From: Candidatus Latescibacterota bacterium
Lineage (GTDB): Bacteria; Latescibacterota; UBA2968; UBA8231
Direction of reading: 5' to 3'
Length of the DNA: 64,000 bases
Assembly: GCA_965219385.1 (NCBI GenBank)
Contig: CBDCNM010000001.1
Span: forward strand, 608,631-672,630
Shown here: positions 1 through 7,828 of the stretch, piece by piece
How positions within the stretch are numbered: the stretch's first letter is position 1
Layout of the letters: each line of letters opens with the position of its first letter
Translations under genes and position numbers: made by a program
The notes under the pieces: generated by a model
What the model saw: the letters and a program-made list of their open reading frames with translations, nothing else
Told to the model about the DNA's origin: nothing
Databases searched by the model: none

Positions 1-2133
1 GTGGGATTCCAACGCGAGGATCTGGGATGCCGGCCCAAGGCCTACTGGTCGCGTTTCCCCGCCATCCGCCACATTCCCCATCTCCTCCCCTTCTTTGAGG
101 ACCTCTTTGCCGCGCCCCTGCGCACCTACGAGTTCAGCCGGGTGATGGCCGGGGCGGTCGAGGAATACCTCCGTCCAGACTACCGCCGGGAACGGAACGA
201 TGGCATGTTCAAGGCCACTTACTTCCTGGGCATTGAGAAGAAAATCGTGGGCCCCCGGGGTTACGGTGCCAATGCAGTGGAATTTGTCGGTGGCCCGGAA
301 CCGGTAATTCGCGCGGTGGAACGGCTCTTCGAGGTCGCGGGGAAAACCCTGGACACCCGGTCTGCGGGTAAGGAGGCGATCTGGCCGCAACGCCGCGTGG
401 AGTTGAAAAGGCAATTAGACAAGGTCCCTCCTGTACTGCATCAGCCCTTTGCCACCCTCCTCTATCAGATCGCGGATGTGTGGGCGTGGCGCCAGATTGC
501 CATGGCGCGGGTCTCGGTCGAGGATATGCAGAAGGTCTTCTACAACCGTTCGCTGCACGAAACCCAGCTCGACGGCCAGGAGTACTTGCCGGAATTCGAT
601 CGGGTCGCCGCCCTCATTGACGAAGTCTCGCTCTACCATGCAGCACAGAAAGCAGTGCAATCCGTGGAGACGGCTTCTCGTGCCTTTCGGGCGATTCTGG
701 ATTCTACCGACCTCGATCCGCAAAGCCTGTCCTTTGAATTCGCCACCCCCATCGGTATGGTAGTACTTTCAGGGATTGGGGATGACCATCACGCCCGGGA
801 CAATTGCGCGGTTCTGGTAGATCTGGGAGGAAACGATACCTACGAAGGGCCCATCGGCAGCACCCCTTCTCTGGTCGTCCCGGTGAGTGTGGCCATCGAC
901 CTGGAGGGGAATGACCGCTACCAGGCCAGGTCCTGGACCATGCCCTCCCAGGGAGCCGGAGTTCTGGGGGTGGGCGTGTTGCTGGACCTTGGAGGCAAAG
1001 ACCGCTACGAAGCCGGAGTCATGGCCCAGGGTGCCGGGCTTTTCGGCTTTGGTTTGCTCTGGGACGAGGAGGGCGACGACGACTACAAAATCCAGTACAG
1101 CGGCCAGGGGGCCGGCTATTTCGGCATTGGTCTTCTGGTGGAGGGTGCGGGCAACGACCGCTACTACCTGTGGGGGGATGGCCAGGGATTCGGTGGCGTA
1201 GGAGGAGGAGTGGGGACACTGGCCGATGTCTCAGGGGAGGATCGCTATGTGGCCGAGATGGACGCCCATATCGCTGGACGAGGGGATTACCACACCAACA
1301 TGCGGGTACCCAACTCCAATGCCCAGGGCGCGGGGATAGGGCGGCGCGGCGATATATCGGACGGTCACGCCTGGGCCGGAGGGCTGGGGACCCTGATGGA
1401 TCTGAGCGGCAATGACGTCTATGAGTCGGGCAACTGGGCGGCCGGGTGCGGTTACTGGTTTGGCATGGGTTTGCTCTATGACGGGGCGGGGGATGACCTC
1501 TACCAGAGCGTGTATTTTTCCATGGCCTCCGGAGCCCATTTTGCTATTGGCGCGATCTTCGACGAGAGTGGAGATGACCAGTACAAGATGATTGATTCGC
1601 CAGCCCTCAATGATCTGGTGCCACCGGGCGAGGGCATGAATGCCTGGGGCGGGGGAGGACTGGCTTTTGGCTGGGATTTCACCATGGCAATGCTGGTCGA
1701 CAAGGCTGGAGACGATTATTACCAGGCCCGGATCATCAGCGGGGCTCAGGCCATGATCCGCTCCACCGCAATCCTGGCCGACCTGGGCGGCAGTGATAGG
1801 TACGTCCTCCCCCGGGGTGCGGGCGGCGGCAACGCGCACTTTATGAAGGGGTACGCCGACAACGTGCCGCCGTTTCAGATCGAGTACGGGCCTTACAGTC
1901 ACTACGGCACCAACTTCGGTTTTCTCCTGGATGCAGGTGGTGAGGACCGCTACTTCGAATGGGACGAGAATGGCCAGCACGCTCCTGCAGCGATCTGGAA
2001 AGACGGTCATACCTGGCAACAGCCGGGCCCTGAGCACGAGCATTACGGTCACGATTCATTCGGGATCGGCATGGATGCAGGGTCCGGATCGATTCCCGAA
2101 TTCCATGTCTTCGAACCGCAAATTGGCGATTAG
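1..2133 (+). CDS. Hypothetical protein with about 12 Gly/Asp-rich DxxGxDxY repeats; 5' end probably outside the window
   Basis: ORF open from base 1. Repeats DLGGNDTY, DLEGNDRY, DLGGKDRY, DEEGDDDY, DVSGEDRY, DLSGNDVY etc., each followed by QGxG...G.G.L segments. Confidence 0.75.
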   Translation: MGFQREDLGCRPKAYWSRFPAIRHIPHLLPFFEDLFAAPLRTYEFSRVMAGAVEEYLRPDYRRERNDGMFKATYFLGIEKKIVGPRGYGANAVEFVGGPEPVIRAVERLFEVAGKTLDTRSAGKEAIWPQRRVELKRQLDKVPPVLHQPFATLLYQIADVWAWRQIAMARVSVEDMQKVFYNRSLHETQLDGQEYLPEFDRVAALIDEVSLYHAAQKAVQSVETASRAFRAILDSTDLDPQSLSFEFATPIGMVVLSGIGDDHHARDNCAVLVDLGGNDTYEGPIGSTPSLVVPVSVAIDLEGNDRYQARSWTMPSQGAGVLGVGVLLDLGGKDRYEAGVMAQGAGLFGFGLLWDEEGDDDYKIQYSGQGAGYFGIGLLVEGAGNDRYYLWGDGQGFGGVGGGVGTLADVSGEDRYVAEMDAHIAGRGDYHTNMRVPNSNAQGAGIGRRGDISDGHAWAGGLGTLMDLSGNDVYESGNWAAGCGYWFGMGLLYDGAGDDLYQSVYFSMASGAHFAIGAIFDESGDDQYKMIDSPALNDLVPPGEGMNAWGGGGLAFGWDFTMAMLVDKAGDDYYQARIISGAQAMIRSTAILADLGGSDRYVLPRGAGGGNAHFMKGYADNVPPFQIEYGPYSHYGTNFGFLLDAGGEDRYFEWDENGQHAPAAIWKDGHTWQQPGPEHEHYGHDSFGIGMDAGSGSIPEFHVFEPQIGD

Positions 2134-2280
2134 CGGCCGGCTCAATAATCCCTTATATTTGCTTGGTATTTTTGCCATCTGCACGAGAGCTCGGAAAAGG
2201 TCGGGCCGCGGCCGTGCCGGCGGGCACAAAAAAGCAGGCTTTGGGCTGGGGCCACCGGGAACTTCAAGCAGGCTTCACAG

Positions 2281-4017
2281 ATGTCGCACCGCCAATATAT
2301 CGCCCTTGTAAAAGGTTTGCTGGTTTTATGGCTGGGGTGCGGCCCGTCGGGAGAGCCGCAAGCGGTTCGGGAGACGATTTCCGGCGGTTCCCGGCCCCAA
2401 CCCGTCTTCGAGCGGGTGCAGTTCGTGGATGTGGCCGCCCAGGTCGGCATCACCGTGCGCAATGTATCCGGCAAGCTGGATAAGACTTCTCTGCTGGAGG
2501 CCAAAGGTGGGGGCGGCGGCTTTTTCGATTACGACGGCGATGGCGACCTGGACGCATACCTGATCAGTGGCTCTTCTTTTGAACCGTTTCCGCCCGGGCA
2601 GGCCCCCAGGAACCGATTGTATCGCAACGAGGGAGACGGCACCTTTGCGGACGTGACCGCGCAGGCCGGCGTGGGAGATACCTCCTGGAGCATGGGTTGC
2701 ACCGCGGCCGACTACGACAACGACGGCGACCTGGACCTCTACGTCACCAACTACGGGGCCAACCGGCTGTATCGCAACGAGGGGGACGGCATCTTTGCGG
2801 ACGTGACCGCGCAGGCCGGCGTGGGGGATGGCCGCTGGGGAACAGGTGCGGCGTTCGGGGATTACGACCTGGATGGCGACCTGGATCTCTACGTGGCCAA
2901 CTTCGTCCAGTTTCATCCAGATCGTCCACCCAAAAGCGATCTGTTCAGCGTGTGGAGAAACATCAGGGTCTATCCCGGCCCCCGGGCTTATGATGGCTAC
3001 GCAGATGTGTTCTACCGCAACCAGGGCGACGGTAGCTTTGTCGATGTCACCTCCCGGTCCGGAGTGCTGGGAAAGGCAGCCTACAATGGTTTCCAGTGCC
3101 TGTTCGGCGATCTCGACAACGACGGGTACCCGGACATCTACGTGGCCGACGATACCACCCCGAACCTGCTTTACATGAATCGGGGGGACGGCACCTTTGC
3201 GGATATCTCCCTGGCGAGCGGCACCAGCCACAGCGAGGATGGCCTCGAGCAGGCCGGCATGGGCGCAGTCCTGGGGGACTACGACAACGACGGCGATCTG
3301 GACATTTTCGTGACCCACTTCTCCGGAGACTACAACACCCTCTACCGCAATGAGGACGGTCGCTTTTTCCGCGACGTCAGCTATGCGACCGGGGTGGCCG
3401 AGGTGAGCATGCCCGCGGTGGGCTGGGGAACTGGTTTTTTCGACTATGACAACGATGGCGACCTGGACCTCTTCGTGGCCAACGGCCACGTGTACCCGAT
3501 CATCGACAACTACGACCTGGGCACTTCCTACGCCCAGCGCAACTTTCTCTTCGAGAATCTGGGAGATGGCACCTTTGCGGAAGTTTCGGCCCTGGCGGGT
3601 AGCGGTTTCGGCGTGGAAAAGGTGAGCCGGGGTGCGGCTTTCGGCGACTACGACGACGACGGAGACGTGGATATTCTGGTGCTCAATGTGGACGAAACCC
3701 CCACCCTGCTGCGCAACGAAGGAGGCAATCGCCGACACTGGCTCTGCCTGTCCACCGTGGGGAGGCAGAGCAACCGGAACGGGATCGGCGCACGGATTGT
3801 AGTGGAGGTGGGGGGACAGCGGCAGATCCGCGAGGTAGGGGCGGGGAGTAGTTTCCTGTCGCACAATGACCTGCGGGTCCACTTCGGACTGGGGGAGGCG
3901 GAAAGGGTGGAGCGGCTAAAGATCCGCTGGCCCAGCGGTATGGTGCAGGAATTCGCCGATCTGCAGGTGGACCAGTTTCTGGTGATCTCGGAAGGCGAGG
4001 GGATTGTTGCGGAATAA
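2281..4017 (+). CDS. CRTAC1-family FG-GAP (VCBS) repeat lipoprotein with C-terminal ASPIC/UnbV domain
   Basis: Multiple DYDNDGDLD motifs; C-terminal NRNGIGARI...GSSFLS...HFGLG...IRWPSG; N-terminal hydrophobic stretch ending LWLGC (lipobox-like). Confidence 0.85.
   Translation: MSHRQYIALVKGLLVLWLGCGPSGEPQAVRETISGGSRPQPVFERVQFVDVAAQVGITVRNVSGKLDKTSLLEAKGGGGGFFDYDGDGDLDAYLISGSSFEPFPPGQAPRNRLYRNEGDGTFADVTAQAGVGDTSWSMGCTAADYDNDGDLDLYVTNYGANRLYRNEGDGIFADVTAQAGVGDGRWGTGAAFGDYDLDGDLDLYVANFVQFHPDRPPKSDLFSVWRNIRVYPGPRAYDGYADVFYRNQGDGSFVDVTSRSGVLGKAAYNGFQCLFGDLDNDGYPDIYVADDTTPNLLYMNRGDGTFADISLASGTSHSEDGLEQAGMGAVLGDYDNDGDLDIFVTHFSGDYNTLYRNEDGRFFRDVSYATGVAEVSMPAVGWGTGFFDYDNDGDLDLFVANGHVYPIIDNYDLGTSYAQRNFLFENLGDGTFAEVSALAGSGFGVEKVSRGAAFGDYDDDGDVDILVLNVDETPTLLRNEGGNRRHWLCLSTVGRQSNRNGIGARIVVEVGGQRQIREVGAGSSFLSHNDLRVHFGLGEAERVERLKIRWPSGMVQEFADLQVDQFLVISEGEGIVAE
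2611..2830 (+). repeat. Intragenic near-identical 70-bp direct repeat, period 150 bp
   Basis: 2611-2680 and 2761-2830 differ at about 6 of 70 positions; both encode NRLYRNEGDGxFADVTAQAGVGD. Confidence 0.85.
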
Positions 4018-4079
4018 TCGACGCCTGGGGAGGGTCGGGCAGGCCCCCGTCACCTAAAACCCGGCGTCCGTGGACGGCT

Positions 4080-6029
4080 ATGCATACCAGAAAGAGACTC
4101 GCGACCTTCTTTGTCCTCTTGGCGGCAACAGCAAGCCTCGGGGGGTACCTGGCCTATGTAAAACTCCGGCAAAGGCCCAATCTCGTCGTGCTCCTGATGG
4201 ACACCCTGCGCGCCGATCGCTTGAGTTGCTACGGGTACCACAAGACCACCAGCCCCAATCTGGATGCGCTGGCGCAAAAGGGAGTACTCTTCACCAGGTG
4301 TTACGCTCCTGCGGACTACACCCAGGCTTCTACTGCGTCGCTGTTTACGGGATGCTACCCATTTGCCCACGGTTACATCAACTCGAATTACGTCCTGGAA
4401 GAGACCAACCTCACCATGGCGGAGATATTCAGGAACCAAGGCTATGCTACGGCCGCTTTCATCGCCAACGGCCTGGCCGGCAAAAAGTACCGCATGGACC
4501 AGGGATTCGACCTGCACTTCGAAAAGAACCGCGGCCTGGCCGCAGAGATGGTCGAGGAGGCTACAGCCTTCATCGCCCAGCGCCGCGACCAGCCTTTTTT
4601 TATCTACCTGCACTTCCTCGATGTCCACGATCCCTACCGCATCCCCGAACCTTACCACGCCAAATTCGCCGATCCAGAAGGATTCGAATCCAATATGCAG
4701 GACACCCTGCTGCTCGAAACCCGGATCATGCAGGCGTGGTGGAGCAAAGACCAGAAGTGGTGGGATGGGACCGACCAGCCCAATGCAGTGAAGGAGTATT
4801 TTGCCGACTATGAGCAGCTGTACGATGCCTCCATCTTCTACTGGGACGAGGTGGTTGGAAGCCTCCTGAAGACCCTTGTCGAGCGGGGAATGGATCAAAG
4901 CACGATCATCGCCATCGTCTCGGACCACGGTGAACAGTTCCTGGAGCACGGGTACTTCGGGCACGCCAACTCGGGGTACGAGGAAGGCCTGAACATCCCG
5001 TTCATCCTCTTCGATCCCTTCAATTCGGGGTTTTCGGGCACCAGGATTGATGATCCGGTCAATTTGATCGATGTCCTCCCGACCTTCCTTGCGCGGCTGG
5101 ACATGGAGATCCCCGCCCAGGTGCAGGGGCGCGAGCGCTGGTCGCTGATACAGGCCCGGACGCGCGGGGACCGCACCGCCTTGCCCCCCGGAGGCGTGTA
5201 CACAGAAGGGACTTTCACTCTCAACCGGCCGTTCAGCACCCTGATCCAGACCTACCAGGAAGGGGGGTGGAAACTGCTGCTGGACCGTCGCAGAGATGCC
5301 AAAGAACTCTACCACCTGGGACGGGACCCAGAGGAGACCCGCGACCTGTTTGTCGCCGAGCCGGGCATCGCGGCCCGGCTCGGCGACAAGCTCCAGGAGC
5401 ACTACAACAGGAACTTTTCGATTTTTGCCCGGCAAAAAAAAACGAAAATGGAACGGCAAACCGAAAAACTGCAGGAGCTCATGGCGCTGGGTTATCTTGC
5501 CGGAGGAGAGCGCCTGGGCAACCGGCGCGCCGAGTTTTTTCCCATGCGGCAGGTCCAGCCGACAAAATTCGCTCCGTTCGGGGATGAAGAAGATTTGAGA
5601 TTTTTCTCGGACCAGATCGATTTTTCTCAGGGCCGGTTCGCGGTAGGGCAGGTGATCCGGGGTTTCCGGGACCGCGTGGGCCGGAAGGATACCGCGGGGG
5701 TCTGGTTCGACCGCCGGGCTACCTTTCTAATGCAGAACAGGGAGGCGAAAACCCGCGTCGTCTTCGAGGTATCGATTGATCCGCGGGGAGGAGATGAAAA
5801 TCCCACGGAGATCCAGGTAGAATTCAACGACGAACCCGGGGTAGCCTTCCAGCTCAAAGGACCCGGTCGCTACCAGCTCGAAGCAGTTCTGCCGCCCCTT
5901 CTCCAGGGCCGCGAGTACCTCTACGCAGGATTGCGAGCCAACAGCCGTTTCGTGCTCCACCGGGGAGGATCGCCCAGGCTGGATGTGTACGGAGCGATGC
6001 GAATTTTTAGCGTACGGCTTGAGGATTGA
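4080..6029 (+). CDS. Sulfatase-like hydrolase/transferase (alkaline phosphatase superfamily), membrane-anchored, with an extra C-terminal domain
   Basis: RPNLVVLLMDTLRADRL, TQASTASLFTG, DVHDPY, SDHGE, GHANSGYEE, ELMALGYL; N-terminal TM helix. Confidence 0.8.
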   Translation: MHTRKRLATFFVLLAATASLGGYLAYVKLRQRPNLVVLLMDTLRADRLSCYGYHKTTSPNLDALAQKGVLFTRCYAPADYTQASTASLFTGCYPFAHGYINSNYVLEETNLTMAEIFRNQGYATAAFIANGLAGKKYRMDQGFDLHFEKNRGLAAEMVEEATAFIAQRRDQPFFIYLHFLDVHDPYRIPEPYHAKFADPEGFESNMQDTLLLETRIMQAWWSKDQKWWDGTDQPNAVKEYFADYEQLYDASIFYWDEVVGSLLKTLVERGMDQSTIIAIVSDHGEQFLEHGYFGHANSGYEEGLNIPFILFDPFNSGFSGTRIDDPVNLIDVLPTFLARLDMEIPAQVQGRERWSLIQARTRGDRTALPPGGVYTEGTFTLNRPFSTLIQTYQEGGWKLLLDRRRDAKELYHLGRDPEETRDLFVAEPGIAARLGDKLQEHYNRNFSIFARQKKTKMERQTEKLQELMALGYLAGGERLGNRRAEFFPMRQVQPTKFAPFGDEEDLRFFSDQIDFSQGRFAVGQVIRGFRDRVGRKDTAGVWFDRRATFLMQNREAKTRVVFEVSIDPRGGDENPTEIQVEFNDEPGVAFQLKGPGRYQLEAVLPPLLQGREYLYAGLRANSRFVLHRGGSPRLDVYGAMRIFSVRLED

Positions 6030-6040
6030 GAATATTATCC

Positions 6041-6069
6041 TTGAAAATCGTCCAACTTTTTCATAATAT
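6041..6069 (+). promoter_or_regulatory. Possible sigma70 promoter of exbB-exbD-exbD
   Basis: TTGAAA-17 bp-TAATAT in an AT-rich intergenic stretch. Confidence 0.35.
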
Positions 6070-6119
6070 TATGATGGTCATTGGTGACAGTGGATCCATA
6101 TCAAAAGGAAGGAAAGCTC

Positions 6120-6812
6120 ATGGAAGTCGTAAGTGAACTCTGGAATGCCATGGCTTTTACTGGCAAAACGGTTGTAGTAATCCTGGCCGTTCTCTCCGTT
6201 TATTCCTATGCGGTCATGGTGGATCGGGGTCTGGCCCTGCGCTGGGCACGGCAGCGGTCGGCCAGGTTCGCCGGGGATATTGAAGAAGGCGATCTGATGG
6301 AAGAGGAGGTCGAATCGCTACTGGCGCGCTCTAACGAAGCCGAGCAGCAGGGACATTGCTCTCTGGCCACGGTGATTTCAGCGGGTCTGTCGGAATGTCA
6401 AATGTTGAGGGGCGAGGGCCAGGCAGGGGCCATGGTAATGGAGGGGGTAGACGAAGCGATCGGCCGCTCCTTGGATGGAATAGTCGCCAATTTGCGGGTT
6501 CGGCTTTCCGGCATGGCCACCATCGTGGGGGTGGCACCCTTCCTGGGGCTGTTCGGCACGGTGACCGGGCTGATTGCCGCGTTTCGCGGCATTGCAACCG
6601 CAGGTGGAGGAGGAATCACCGAGGTCTCGGGCGGTATTTCCGAAGCCCTGGTGACCACGGTCATCGGGTTGTTCGTGGCCATGCCGGCTCTGTGGGCCTA
6701 CAATTTCTTCATGAACCGCATTGATGTGATGGCCCTGGGGTTGGAAAACAATGCAGCGCGGGTAGTCTCCCACGTGGTGCGCCGCGCCTTGCAGTCCGGC
6801 CAGAAGGAATAG
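6120..6812 (+). CDS. exbB: MotA/TolQ/ExbB proton-channel family protein
   Basis: ATIVGVAPFLGLFGTVTGLIAAF and GGISEALVTTVIGLFVAMPA; ATG at 6120 after AAGGAAGGA. Confidence 0.88.
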   Translation: MEVVSELWNAMAFTGKTVVVILAVLSVYSYAVMVDRGLALRWARQRSARFAGDIEEGDLMEEEVESLLARSNEAEQQGHCSLATVISAGLSECQMLRGEGQAGAMVMEGVDEAIGRSLDGIVANLRVRLSGMATIVGVAPFLGLFGTVTGLIAAFRGIATAGGGGITEVSGGISEALVTTVIGLFVAMPALWAYNFFMNRIDVMALGLENNAARVVSHVVRRALQSGQKE

Positions 6813-6825
6813 AAAGGACGAGGCC

Positions 6826-7257
6826 ATGGCCAGGCGAACCAGACGCAGAAACGGGCAAAGGGAAGCCCGCAAAAGTCCCATGCCCGATGTCACGCCTATC
6901 GTCAACGTGGCACTGGTACTCCTGATTATCTTCATGGTGGTCATGCCCATGATTCAGGAAGGCATCATAGTAGAGATGCCCAAGGCCCAAAATACCCAGG
7001 AGATCGTCGAACAACTCGGCGAAGAGAGTGTGGTCCTGGCAATCCAGGAAGATGGTTCCCTGTACATCAACCTGCACCAAGTGGAACGGCAGGATTTAAA
7101 AAAAGAACTGGCCAAGGCTTATCACGGCAAGGAAGATAAGCCCATCATCATTAAAGGCTCTAGAAACCTGCCCTACCAGGATATACTCGAACTGATGGAG
7201 ATCTGCCAGGGCGTCGGGGCTCCGGGGGTGGATCTGATGGCCAAAAAACAAAAGTAG
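6826..7257 (+). CDS. exbD: ExbD/TolR family protein, copy 1 (Asn at the conserved TM Asp)
   Basis: DVTPIVNVALVLLIIFMV single TM; periplasmic domain IIIKGSRNLPYQDILELME. Confidence 0.85.
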   Translation: MARRTRRRNGQREARKSPMPDVTPIVNVALVLLIIFMVVMPMIQEGIIVEMPKAQNTQEIVEQLGEESVVLAIQEDGSLYINLHQVERQDLKKELAKAYHGKEDKPIIIKGSRNLPYQDILELMEICQGVGAPGVDLMAKKQK

Positions 7258-7267
7258 GATTTTTGCT

Positions 7268-7663
7268 ATGGCAAAGCGTGGAAAGAGACTTTCCAAACCT
7301 GAATCATCCCTCAATGTAACCCCGATGGCCGATGTTTCCCTTTCCTTGTTGCTGGGCTTCCTGGTGATCACCCCGATTATTTTGGAAACCCTGTCCGCCA
7401 AATTGCCCCAGGGGGCGGGCGCGGCCGCGGGACAGGTGAAGCAGGATCCCGTCATCGAACTTACAGCTCAGAGTGAGATCCTGTTCGACGGCAAGGAGAT
7501 AACCCGAGAAGAACTGCCGGCCAAGCTGGACGAGCATTTCCCCCAGAAATACCTGGAGCGCAAGGTGATGTTCACTGGGTCCGGAGAGGTGCTCTACGAA
7601 GATGTGGTCGATCTGCTCGACCTGCTCAAGGGACTCGGAGTTGCGACCATAGGTATCCGCTGA
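7268..7663 (+). CDS. exbD: ExbD/TolR family protein, copy 2
   Basis: LNVTPMADVSLSLLLGFLV TM with Asp retained; YEDVVDLLDLLKGLG. Confidence 0.82.
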   Translation: MAKRGKRLSKPESSLNVTPMADVSLSLLLGFLVITPIILETLSAKLPQGAGAAAGQVKQDPVIELTAQSEILFDGKEITREELPAKLDEHFPQKYLERKVMFTGSGEVLYEDVVDLLDLLKGLGVATIGIR

Positions 7664-7828
7664 ATCTCATCCTTTCAAGTAGCTATCCCCAGCGTTTTTT
7701 TCAATTCCGCCGATCGCGCGCGATTCAAAACCCCGACCTCTGGGAAGAACGCCAGTTTGGATGAGCATCATCCAACCTTTCCTTTTCTTTTCAATTCTGC
7801 AGGATGTGGTTTGTCCTGGTATGCGGTG

